A stretch of 64,000 nucleotides of DNA from Corallochytrium limacisporum Hawaii (taxonomy: Eukaryota; Protista; Pluriformea). Position 1 is the first letter of the stretch. Each line of letters opens with the position of its first letter. The notes beneath the pieces were generated by a model that was not told the origin of the DNA, did not search any database, and saw only the letters and a list, made by a program, of their open reading frames with translations. This document shows, piece by piece, positions 52,601 through 62,263 of this stretch. The stretch spans positions 1-64,000 of the forward strand of contig PDIP01000014.1 in NCBI GenBank assembly GCA_002811645.1. The letters run 5' to 3'. The position numbers and the translations under genes are program-made.

Positions 52601-53309
52601 GCTTAATGAAACAGAAACGGTAGAAGATACAACCCGTCGCCCATACGTCTGCTTTGTGTGTGATCGGGATATTGGAGTGCAGATCAACCATTTCCGGTGC
52701 ACGGTACTGTAACGTAGACACCCGCTGAATAGTATCCTCCGCTAACATAGCTTCCTTCGTATTTTGTGGCTTCATGACTGTGGTCGTTGCAGAACCAAAG
52801 TCACAGAGCTTTATATCTCCTTGCGTACTGACCAAGATGTTTTCAGGCTTTAAATCGCGATGAATGATCTTTGGCTCCTGGGAATGCATTGCATTCACAG
52901 CTTGAGCTGTGGCGTACATAAGGTGCCATATCATACCCGGTTCCAACTGCATCTGTTTCATGTACATTTGGTTCAAAATTTCAGCGAGCATTCCACCATC
53001 CATAAATTCTGTTACTAGCAGAACTTCGGCATTTCTATGACTTGTCTCCTTTGCTGAAATCAACTGAGTATCGAAAACTCGTAAGATGTTAGGTTGGCCA
53101 TCGAGCTGCCTCAGGAATCTGACCTCTTGTTTCAGATTCTCCAGCTCGTTTCGGTCGGCCGCAAGCATTCTCTTGAGCGCTGCATTCTGTCCTGTAGCTG
53201 CATTTTGGACTGCGAACACGTACGAATATCCACCCTCTCCAATAGTTTTCAAGACTTTGTAGCGGTTGTTGCCGACGTTGACTGTTTTCCCGACGATATC
53301 GTCCGTCAT
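49668..53309 (-). CDS. GAK: Cyclin-G-associated kinase / auxilin-2
   Basis: NAK kinase (GEGGYSYVF, IIHRDLKPEN, KLCDFGS, YRAPEMVDL), PTEN-like domain (IYAMPFP, AVHCTDGK, SPSQRRY) and C2, DLL clathrin motifs (GDLL, PDLL, FSDLL), C-terminal J domain (NIRALL...KACLVVHPDK). Confidence 0.95.
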   Translation of the reverse strand: MTDDIVGKTVNVGNNRYKVLKTIGEGGYSYVFAVQNAATGQNAALKRMLAADRNELENLKQEVRFLRQLDGQPNILRVFDTQLISAKETSHRNAEVLLVTEFMDGGMLAEILNQMYMKQMQLEPGMIWHLMYATAQAVNAMHSQEPKIIHRDLKPENILVSTQGDIKLCDFGSATTTVMKPQNTKEAMLAEDTIQRVSTLQYRAPEMVDLHSNIPITHKADVWATGCIFYRFCFIKPPFGPEDKLRIMSGKVDYPSGTQAEMYVPLLREMLAPDSDSRISIRSVLSQLEQLRGQVGADSVNVRSELDRLIQMAGTKIELRSITSKASAAMGRMTPNMGGSSGASGDQGPRASGDYTADLTAGMSKMGNMFKSAGMSAFSKAKKMVSEVSGVQMPEGVDITQILPKIYAMPFPSKRGITDLQSNSIEEVHHFLETNHPRGHYMIYNLTPEKYDYRRFNGQTVEFPGKPDVAPTLEQLLDICESFHTWLTSDPENVIAVHCTDGKRQTACVIAAYLIYCGMCKSPEEALQYFQTRRTPDGAPCASPSQRRYLGYFTDMCQQGFVPAKLPFVIDRIQFSPVPGLDTWGKAIKPYIEVFEKSGEKLVFSTKPDNADTLRRFEITDKMVDISMEADVAGDVLIVVNHAAGAMMQRLKAGNNIQLQLHTAHLDGKRIDFGKGELDFACADKRFSDRFKLRVSYRADGEPASNEGRLLEERAPDAWKTSCYVVPQGGSGAVPRASPNRRPPQRPQKDQTPVPPPRKEETAKPANGSAPKNVWEMLDGGSGNVTPAATPAADASQSGDHGDLLNLNSTSTHAPAETPTTKTGGGGLDDIFGASGPSTGPSAADQITNDFLGIDETTSKGNDGPDLLGSFDASNIMSGTSSSASIPRTGSGQNMNQFDQRGPTMGGGPTGFAAHGGAAGFQARGRPQVPGAMGNGGMGMGAPRPMAPQGYNRAASSSPMGNRPGSAGQPMMGAGGKQGMGAADDIFANLMGGSGSNAPANSGASSPKAANANVRGGASPKMQHAPPPSRPNYNVHVSHAEMRGNQQQPSRGASVKKQGHNPNDFFMSKEPLSGSQGDGSFSDLLSAHNFVPKTEDPSMKSMNAIRMAQLEADDPEAALQAKEKEKVRSWYSGKENNIRALLGSMSQVLWEGASWTDPNIGNMQSAGQIKKAYMKACLVVHPDKNQGGEHEELANRIFAVISEAYAAYRDAPN

Positions 53310-55645
53310 TGTGTATGCTTTGTTGAATTAGTTTATCTGCGAGCCATGCAGAGATATGTCGATTCTATTCCTCGATCATTGTATATTTTCGGACAGTTTA
53401 TCATGTGTTAACGTCCATACCAGAGTCTGTACGATAAATATTGACCAGGCATTAGCACACACTGCCATTGATCCAGCCCTCGCAGTTCAAATAGGACTCG
53501 TGCCCTGAGAGACATGACTATGACGTACTCCTTCGCACTACGGACAACAGGTGTCAGAAGTCAAAGTATTTCAAAAGAACAGATAATGAAGCTGTGGAAC
53601 AGAGGAGAACATGGACGAGAATCATCTCGTACTGTATGTACACGCCTTCCAATCGTTTGCTGCCAGGGCTGGAGTGCTCGGTACCGCACCATCCCCTTCA
53701 TTGGATCGACCCTTCGCTGTACCAGTGTTTCTCGTTCCTCCATCCGCGATGGCAACGCTGCATCATCACACGCACTATTTGTCAGCTGCTCCTGATGCCT
53801 CCCTCCCTCTCGTCTTCGCAGATGCAAGGCGCAGGACAAGGGGAGCGGGAGGGGGACGAGTATCAACCAAATGCTTAAGGGTACGCAAGCACGGAGCACA
53901 AAGAACCAATCCGGTGGGCCCGTTCCACAGACTACGGGGGTAGTAACAGCCAGCTTCATATCCTTTTAGTGTACAATAAGAAAAGGCGATCGCAGCCCTA
54001 CCCTCTACAGTTTGGTTCCTTTTTTTTTTAACTGCAGGACAACCTTGCCTCTGTAGTACCAGTGCGAGCGGGGGCTGCTGCCAGGTTTTCTTTGTTTTGC
54101 CTTTTCTGCTGGCGTATAATAATTCCTCATTGGGATCCTTGTGCTCGTGCAGTCTGTGAGTGAGTGCTGGACTGATCAGATTAATTCTCAAGGATTCCAC
54201 TGCAGGGTCATGCCTTGGCCCCTCAACTCACACGCAGCACTTGCCGTAGCACCCATGCAGTTACTGCCCCCTCCTGCCCTGCCAGGCATGTCCGGCAGGC
54301 CTCATCCCAGTGTTTCTCCTGCTGTGAGAAAGTACCAGCTGGAAAGTACAAGGAAATCGAATGTACGAGGTATATGCATTCAGCAACGGAGGGAGGGGCA
54401 CCAACGACGATGCAATGCTACCGCTTTCGCATATCTCTCAATCTCCCATAGAAAATACTTGAAGTGTATCGCTGTGATTGTCGGCGCGGTACTTACGCCA
54501 GCGAATTTCTTCCCGGACAGGGAAAGGCAGGGGGGGGAGAGAGGCCTTCCGAGTGGGCACCCTGAGCGACTATTACAGGCCCAGCATAGAAAAACTTCCC
54601 GCTGCTGCTGCCGCGCTGGCAATTGGAGAGAAAGGTATCGTTGATTCAGGCAGTTTCCCCCTTGCCTGCCGATGGGAGTCACCAGTTCGTCTCAACTCGC
54701 GTTGACCAGGATTGCACACTTACACTGAACGCGACCCATCTTAATAATTGTCAAACGTGAACAACACCGCCCGACCGCCCTGCCTTTCCGCCTTCCCTTG
54801 TTTTGCCGTTGTGAGCGACGAGGGAGAGAGGAAATGACCGCCGCCGGAATGAAAATGATCAATTAAAATAAATGTATGGCATAAAATTTAGGCACAATAC
54901 CACGCGCATTTCCCTCAGCTGCCCGGTGTTGTCTTAGACCGGCGATTGATGGGATGGGCGGGGAACATCCGACCACGGACATTTCATTTTGCGTTGAGAG
55001 TGCATACTTCGGGGGAAGGCAGCTTAAGAACATGAATAAGAGGCAGACAGACCGAGCGAAGCAGTGGAGAACAACCCTCACTGCGAACGGGGCATAGCCA
55101 CAAACGCCAAGAAACGGGCAAGCGAACGGACCGAACGGCTGGGGAGGCTGCTGTTTTGGGTGTGCTGGTTTCTTTGACGGGAGGGGGACACCGAAGGCCC
55201 ACCAAAAGAAGGAGGCAAAGCGGCAAAAGGGTCTCAAAGGGTCCTCCGCCTCACTCCCCCCCCCCGCGGCGGGGCGGCGGGGGGAGGTTCGTCCCCAAGC
55301 TCCGAGCCGGGGTTTGAGGTTCAAAGTTCCCAAGAGAAATATCGCGAGGGTTGGAATGCCCCAGCGGTCACCAAGAAACCGGTTTTGGTACACGCCGCGT
55401 ACATTGCTGTATACGCTGTCCGTAGTGCTTGAGTAGCTAGTGGAAGGACTTTCGAATGCGCAGGTATACGAGCTGTCGATCAAGATTACGTATACCAAAG
55501 TCCATTGAACAGAGAGAAGACGTGCTCGATGACAAATGCGTTCGGTAATACGTCACGTTTGAGCACTCAGAATGTGAGAACAGTTGCAATCTCAATTGAG
55601 ACTATGTTAAGACAATAGCATAGGGTTAAACAGCACTCCGTTAAA

Positions 55646-58525
55646 ATGAGTGATGGTCCACCACCGCTCCCACCGAGCGATACAAAGCCTCCTCCGCTCC
55701 CGCCGAAGACTCGAGGGTCAATAGTGGAGATCGGGTCAAAACGAAGCTCTGTGAGCGGATCAACCATTGACATAAATGATCAGATGCACAGGGGTACAGA
55801 CTCACCGCAGAGTGCAGGAAGCGTTCGGGTACCGAAGGCGACCAATGGGCCGCCTCCATTGCCACCTCGGGCTGCAAGCATGCGGTTGCCACCAAAGCCT
55901 AGCTCGGTTGGTTCGCCGCAGTCGCGCCTAAAGAGTCTCGGTAACAGTGTCCCTCGTATTGAAAATTTACCACAGAGACGTGCAGAGGAAGATTCATTGA
56001 AAACAAACAGTGGCAGAATTTCGGGAAGTACGCCGAGTGCTTTGAGTCCCGGATTACTACCGGAGGGCCACAGTCCGGACAGTCCAGCGAACATGCGGAA
56101 TCTGACCCTCGGACCATCACAGCCGAGCTTACCGCCGAAGCCACCTGAGGCTGTGCCATACAATCTACTACTGGCTGTCAATGGCTTGCCTGAATACCTC
56201 ACACCATTCCAACATTTCACGAAGCTCATTCGGTACCCAGCCCATTTGACAGTCTACTTGAATTTCCTCCTCATTTCGGATATTTCAGAAGCGCTTTATT
56301 TCTACATGGACATTGACTACTTTATTCACACAGATTTTGATGACGTAGAGAAGGCAAGGGTGTGGGCTACCCGCATTTTCCACGAGTTCCTAGATGAATC
56401 GGCAAGTCCATTACCATTGAGGCAACCGGACCCAGAAGTCCCGAGACGCATCCAGCTCAACATAAACTTACCGTATGCAACGGTTGCAAGTTTGAAGGAC
56501 TTGTGGCGCGGTATGCATGCAGCGCTGCAAAGTATGCTGAGTGACCTGTTGAACATGTTCTGTACCTCACTGCACAAGGGTTTGGGTGACATGTACGGTA
56601 TTCCCCGCTTAGAGTTCCTGGACATGTCTGTAGATGCTGATCATCGTGATCTGGCGCTTGACATCCTCAGTCCCCATTTCCAAAACTACACTGAGAACAT
56701 GAGGGCTTCTCCTAGTATGCAGGCACAAGCAGTAGCTCAATGCCAACGGGATCGAATTGTCCATTTTTCGATGCTTTTAGGAATTGATGCACATGCTCTG
56801 GACAGGGCATTTGACGCTGGAAGCATCATTACAGTGAGGTCTCATAGACTGAAACCTGCGAAACTTCCCATGGCAATGCCATGTGCGGCATGCCGCAGTT
56901 TTGTGCTGCCCCGGGACAAACGATCGCTTCGATGCGCGAATTGCCGGCAGGTGTGCCACGGGTGGCGCTGTCTTGAGAATTTGGGGGCTGATTGTGCCCT
57001 CGGAGGCAACAAACGCCGAGCAACCGAAGCATTTTATGACGATGCACCTCTTGCTGTGCCTCAGCGGAATGAGTCACTGTTGGCAGATATTGATGTGCAG
57101 AGTGCGGCGTCATTTGGTGACCCATCAGCTGTAACTATTGGTGAAAAGTCTTGGACTGAAACCTCGCCACAAAAAATTTATGCGTACGGTGAGATGGTCG
57201 ACGATGACATGGCGACGTACAGCACAGCGGGACTAGACTTTAGTACGCACAGCGGATCTCAAGAAGATGAGTACGCAACCACTTCAGTTGCCATTGCAAT
57301 GGTTGAAAAACGTCGAAAGGGACAGTCGACACAGAGGAGTGTAACTAGCACGAGGGAGAAGCCGGGACGCGTGCCATCGGCTCTGGCTGCGAAGCTTGAC
57401 AACATTGCCTCTGCACCGTCGTTCTGGCTAGAGTATGCGGAGGGTGCCATTCCGTCTGATTGTCCAACAGAAGAAATGAAACGCCAAGAGGTCGTTTTTG
57501 AGATCATTATGACTGAGCGCAGATATGGTCATGATTTGGAGACCTTGAGGAGCACATTTTGGGACACGCTGGCTCGGGCGGGAGTACTCAACGAAAGCGA
57601 AGCGCGTTTCATTTTCGGCAATATCGAGGAGCTGTACCGACTAAACCAGCTTCTTATCAAGGATTTGGTTGCAAGGCAAAAGGAAGCAGTACTTGTGGGA
57701 ACCATTTGCGATATTTTCCAGACCAAGATTCACGAGTTTCGCTGTTATGAATCATTCTGCTCACAGAGATCTGAGGCCCTTAACTTGGTAAAGGAGAAAC
57801 GGGAGAGAGACAGCAGGTTCAGTCAATCCCTGAAGCAATGCGAAGCCAGCGAGAACTGCCGTCGTCTTCCACTAGAGGCATTTTTGAGCTGTCCATTGCA
57901 ACGCCTCACGAAGTATCCTCTATTGCTTAAGACACTCCTGCAGTTAACACCGGAAGGAAGTCCCGATAAGCCGCATGTGCAGCAATTGCAACAGGACTTT
58001 GCGAACGTAGTCACTGATGTCAATATGGCCGTGCGCCGAGCAGAGAGTCGTCGACGCTTGCGTCAAATTGAGAAGCAAGTCACATTTGCCAGCAATGTTA
58101 AAAAACGCCCCTTTGTCAAGAACGATCGGAGTGTGCAAAAAGAGGGCTACCTGACGTTAGCTCAGTATGGATCACTACGTAAGCGCCGTATTTTGCAATA
58201 CGTCGTCCTTTGTAATGATGTCTGCTTTGTCTTCACGCAGAAGGACAATCGGAGGGTCTTGGACAACGACTCACGTTTGATCATGGACCGCGAACCAATT
58301 GACACGTCAGAGATCATGGTCCGATCGCAGGCGAATTCGCCAGATGCCTTCTTTTTGGTCTACACTCGTGCTGATGGTACTCCGGCAATTGACGAATTCC
58401 ATGCCGAGGACTCGGAAGAGGCCCAAAGCTGGGTAGAACAGATGAAACTGAGGGACCAGACCTACCAGCGTAAGAAGGACCTGTTGCGCAAGGGCGCGAG
58501 AAGTGAGCAAAAGGTGGCTGCGTAA
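55646..58525 (+). CDS. RhoGEF with RGS-homology-like, C1, DH and PH domains (ARHGEF1/11/12, RhoGEF2-like)
   Basis: Pro-rich N-terminus, RH-like PAHLTVYLNFLL..ALYFY..IFHEFLD, C1 HRL..CAAC..CANC..CH..C..C, DH EMKRQEVVFEIIMTERRY..PLQRLTKYPLLL, then PH ending in SWVEQM. Confidence 0.88.
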   Translation: MSDGPPPLPPSDTKPPPLPPKTRGSIVEIGSKRSSVSGSTIDINDQMHRGTDSPQSAGSVRVPKATNGPPPLPPRAASMRLPPKPSSVGSPQSRLKSLGNSVPRIENLPQRRAEEDSLKTNSGRISGSTPSALSPGLLPEGHSPDSPANMRNLTLGPSQPSLPPKPPEAVPYNLLLAVNGLPEYLTPFQHFTKLIRYPAHLTVYLNFLLISDISEALYFYMDIDYFIHTDFDDVEKARVWATRIFHEFLDESASPLPLRQPDPEVPRRIQLNINLPYATVASLKDLWRGMHAALQSMLSDLLNMFCTSLHKGLGDMYGIPRLEFLDMSVDADHRDLALDILSPHFQNYTENMRASPSMQAQAVAQCQRDRIVHFSMLLGIDAHALDRAFDAGSIITVRSHRLKPAKLPMAMPCAACRSFVLPRDKRSLRCANCRQVCHGWRCLENLGADCALGGNKRRATEAFYDDAPLAVPQRNESLLADIDVQSAASFGDPSAVTIGEKSWTETSPQKIYAYGEMVDDDMATYSTAGLDFSTHSGSQEDEYATTSVAIAMVEKRRKGQSTQRSVTSTREKPGRVPSALAAKLDNIASAPSFWLEYAEGAIPSDCPTEEMKRQEVVFEIIMTERRYGHDLETLRSTFWDTLARAGVLNESEARFIFGNIEELYRLNQLLIKDLVARQKEAVLVGTICDIFQTKIHEFRCYESFCSQRSEALNLVKEKRERDSRFSQSLKQCEASENCRRLPLEAFLSCPLQRLTKYPLLLKTLLQLTPEGSPDKPHVQQLQQDFANVVTDVNMAVRRAESRRRLRQIEKQVTFASNVKKRPFVKNDRSVQKEGYLTLAQYGSLRKRRILQYVVLCNDVCFVFTQKDNRRVLDNDSRLIMDREPIDTSEIMVRSQANSPDAFFLVYTRADGTPAIDEFHAEDSEEAQSWVEQMKLRDQTYQRKKDLLRKGARSEQKVAA

Positions 58526-58578
58526 CAGCCATTTGTAAACCAATAGTACAGTACATACTATTATTATTCTTCGCACCA

Positions 58579-60180
58579 TCAGTTTGATCCTACCCTGTTA
58601 CCTTTGCCTGGAAACTTGCTGTTCGATGACCACGTACCACGAATAGACGCCAATTGATGATGCAACCAGCCGGGCACCCCAGTACTATTGCGTATACTTG
58701 AGTACAAGGCAAAGCCATTTACGGCAACGATGACCATTCCAACAAATGTCAACGTGATCCATGTCACGTAGCGTATCTCTCCACCGGCTGCTATGGGATA
58801 GAACGCCGTGACAGAATCAACTTGCCCGGGTAGTAGCGGAACCGGTGCATGACTGGAATCACTAGGTTGCACACTTACCACTGCCTGTGTCAATTCCACG
58901 ACCCGGTATTGTCCACGATCGTCACCTTGGAGAGCACCCTTGGACGGTACCTGGTACCGCAAATGTACAGGAATAGTGATTTCCATACGGCTCTGCGAGA
59001 AAGAACCACTGCACAGCATGAATACAAAGTCTTCAGCATGGCCAGCAGGAGTTTCAATATCACTGAGAGCACCACTTCCAATGTATGCCCATTCCGTGCC
59101 CTGCAGTGCCTGTTGTACCTCTTCCTCAACAACATAGAAATCTGGACCAGTCTCTTGGTGAATACAGACCTGAATAAATTCAGAAAGACTTGATGGATCC
59201 TCGTAGCTTAAGACGTATCGGAGATCGCGATGCTGCCCGAGTTTGGTCAACTCTGCATGCAGGTAGCCTTTGACGGCAGTTTGCATTGGCTCATCGTTTC
59301 CAAAGACTGTGTGGCCATCAGCTCGGAATACTCTCACTTTACCGGCAAGATCGTCGGATACGGGAACTCTTTGAATGCGGTTTGCGGTGCAAGTGGTGGC
59401 CTCCGTCGCCCGAACTGTGTAGGAATCTCGATCATCAAGGCGTACATGGTATACCCTTGAATGTGGCGACCCATACAACTTTGCCAACGGTCCGCCTTGA
59501 AGCCACTGTTGCAGGCGTTTGTCATAGTCATCAGTGTTGACCAGTGGGATCAGTGGACGATGTTCATCTCCACTTGGAGGTTCAGCCAGCTGTGCCAGCA
59601 GTGATGCCCGACCTTTTGGAGTTGGCGAATACTGCACTCGCCTGCAAAGACTAGCAGGTGGCAAGATGACCCCGTACTTAAAACGCACCATTTCAGCCGA
59701 CAATACTATTCCTACTTCAAAATTTCCTTTCTGTGTTTCCCAACTAAGTGAGTCAGGGCCGAAGATTTCTTCCAGCAAGCCAGTGATCTTGTCTTCTGTG
59801 GTAGGGCTTAGTGCAAGATTGACCCCATTCCCTCCCGGCCCACACAGCAAGGCATGTCCTGCACTAACATCCGGCGCACAGACTGATTTGCAGAGGCGGC
59901 TTGGCCGCATCAAGTCACGCTGTGAGCTCTTTTGCACAAATATGACATGGTTCACTCCTTCTTTGACCATCTCTTTAGAGACACGTTTGGCATTATTGGA
60001 CACCCACACATTTGTGGTCGTTACATCAACAACTACTTCGGAAGCGGTCCAAATGCCTTCCAGGTAGCCATCTCTATGCTTTACATGGGAGGCATCCCCA
60101 GTGTATAACGAGATACTGGCTGTCCACCCGTGGGCATGAACGAATAGTAATAGAAGGAGAAAGACCCTGACCTGCCACAT
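58579..60180 (-). CDS. PIGX: PIG-X/PBN1-like subunit of GPI mannosyltransferase I
   Basis: Signal peptide from ATG 60180 (MWQVRVFLLLLLFVHAHG). C-terminal PDFYV, DIETPA, IPVHLRYQVP, then a single TM (YVTWITLTFVGMVIVAV). Confidence 0.68.
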   Translation of the reverse strand: MWQVRVFLLLLLFVHAHGWTASISLYTGDASHVKHRDGYLEGIWTASEVVVDVTTTNVWVSNNAKRVSKEMVKEGVNHVIFVQKSSQRDLMRPSRLCKSVCAPDVSAGHALLCGPGGNGVNLALSPTTEDKITGLLEEIFGPDSLSWETQKGNFEVGIVLSAEMVRFKYGVILPPASLCRRVQYSPTPKGRASLLAQLAEPPSGDEHRPLIPLVNTDDYDKRLQQWLQGGPLAKLYGSPHSRVYHVRLDDRDSYTVRATEATTCTANRIQRVPVSDDLAGKVRVFRADGHTVFGNDEPMQTAVKGYLHAELTKLGQHRDLRYVLSYEDPSSLSEFIQVCIHQETGPDFYVVEEEVQQALQGTEWAYIGSGALSDIETPAGHAEDFVFMLCSGSFSQSRMEITIPVHLRYQVPSKGALQGDDRGQYRVVELTQAVVSVQPSDSSHAPVPLLPGQVDSVTAFYPIAAGGEIRYVTWITLTFVGMVIVAVNGFALYSSIRNSTGVPGWLHHQLASIRGTWSSNSKFPGKGNRVGSN

Positions 60181-61568
60181 CGTTGGATCCTGTCGACAAG
60201 CAACGCCTATCTGGGCACTCTTCTGCGTCACGTTTGCATGTTGCTCGTGTGATACATTGACGCACTTACCAGGCTCGAGAAGCAGGCATCAACAATTCCC
60301 AGCGCGCGTTTGAAGTACGTTTTTGTGGACACGCACACCCCTGTGAGGACCGACAATTTTCCAAAACAGTCTGGCCTTCCCTGTGAATTAATCAATATTT
60401 GCGTTAGTCATCTCGATCAGTTTCTGGTGGCCCACCGAGCGGAAGGGGGGGGGGAGAGAAGGAGGGCACTGGCTTTCCTGCTCGGACGTTCGGTTGGGCA
60501 GCCTTGCGACACCTCTGAAAACCGAATCCGGAGACGGTGTAAGCTGGCTCGTACTTGAGAACCTTGGTTTTTTACTAGCAGTACGAATTCATAATGTTGT
60601 GTATGGTTTGTGTACTATGCATATGATGCAGTCATGGACTGGATTCACGTCTCTTGTGCGGGTCAGCGACCTCCCGGTCTGGTCGGCCATCGTCAACAGT
60701 ACATTGATCTGTAAGCATAAATAAAAACATATTGAAGTATGATCACACCGGTCCCTTTTCCACTAACGACAACTCCTCCACCATCCTCTACTCTTGAACG
60801 GGTGTCTAGTACATCAGAGCCATGTTCCACGATGCTGGCTATACCATAAGGTAACCAAGTGCACCATCGTTGCGGCAAAGAACCAGGAGCTTTTGGCAGT
60901 GGGAGGAGTGCAGTGGGTACTAACAGTCAAAAAAAAGGGCTATACTTTTGATATGGGAAACAATTGGATACTGGTGGACACCATTTTTCGTGGATGTCAA
61001 TCATCTGCACACTGACCCAATGCGCACTCCCATCTTGACCATCGACAGTCGCTCATACTCCATGCCCGCCGCTGGCTGGCATGAAATGTCGTCTTGGGGT
61101 GTGCGCGGTATGGCTTTGTTATTGCTGCAAAAGCCACGAGACTTGATGTTACCTGTGAACACACTCAATCACCAAGACCATTCCGGGTTGTAAAGAAACA
61201 GCCCTTCCCACAGTGAACAGATTAGGGAACTATGGGGTTTTCGCCAATTTTTGCGCCACATTACCATTATCGCCGGAGAGCAACTGTGTTCATCGCCAAC
61301 CAGTCAGCGGTCAGCAGGGGAAGGCCCTGGAACGCGGGCATTGTGGGTCTCACCGCCTTCGACACCCTCTCCCTTCCACGATCGTTCCCCCTGTTCATAC
61401 TGAGACTATTGGTTTCCATGCGGCCCCGGGGTGCCGGGGAGACCCGGAGGGAGCAAGCGCTGAGTCCAGACGCGCCCGCCGAAAGGGGGCCCGATGAAGC
61501 ATAAAAAGGAGAGTAAAAATAAAGAAAAAAAGGAGGAAAGAAAAAAAGCAGGACAGCGATGAAGCCGC

Positions 61569-61586
61569 AAAAAAAAAAAAAAAAAA
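61569..61586 (+). repeat. Poly(A)18 tract within a purine-rich stretch
   Basis: Direct reading. Confidence 0.9.
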
Positions 61587-62169
61587 CAGAGGCCCGGTCG
61601 GCCCCAGTCGGTCGATGGTTGGACTCCCGAACCCGTCGTTGCCCCCAAAGAAGGTGCAGTTCCTGTATTATGTTTTAGTCAAGCGAGAAATGTTTGAAGC
61701 AGAAAATACCATTGCCGGATATCAAACCGCCCCGGGAGTTTGTTCGAACAGGGAAAATCCTTAGACGACTCCGAGTTGGGCACTCAGCGGATGGTAGAAG
61801 GGTTGACTGCAACCGCGTTGCCATAGCCCATGTACTGTCAAGAGCACTCCGGATTGGTCGGCGGGGGACGTTCCCTACGAAGAAACGGCTTATGGAAACC
61901 CATTCCGCAGGGCTCGCCAGTGAGAACGGAAACAGTGGCACAGCCAGCCACATACGCGCTGCGCTGCAAATGTTGACATCGAAGGGTGTATGCATGGATG
62001 AAATGGAAACGGAACTAGAGGGCAGCACTTCACAGCTAGGAGGATGTTACTGTGCTGGACAGCAAACATGACGTTTCACACCCCTTGTAGACTGCACAGG
62101 TATGAGACGCCACTGTTCCTAGATCCACTGAGTTTGGATCGCTTCACTACGGCCGCACCTGACAACAAA

Positions 62170-62187
62170 TGTGTGTGTGTGTGTGTG
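62170..62187 (+). repeat. (TG)9 microsatellite
   Basis: Direct reading. Confidence 0.95.
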
Positions 62188-62263
62188 CATGAGCGTATAC
62201 TTGAAAATGTAATCAACCGCGTAAGGCTTACAAATAGTTTCCGGGTTCTGACAGAACAGTGCC

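Noticed and set aside
54863-55498. 211-aa minus ORF in the GAK/RhoGEF divergent region
   Set aside because: TTG start, low-complexity Pro/Phe-rich translation of purine-rich, low-quality-looking sequence, no domain.
60690-61200. Short ORFs between PIG-X and NEK as a possible pseudogene
   Set aside because: No recognisable motif or consistent frame.
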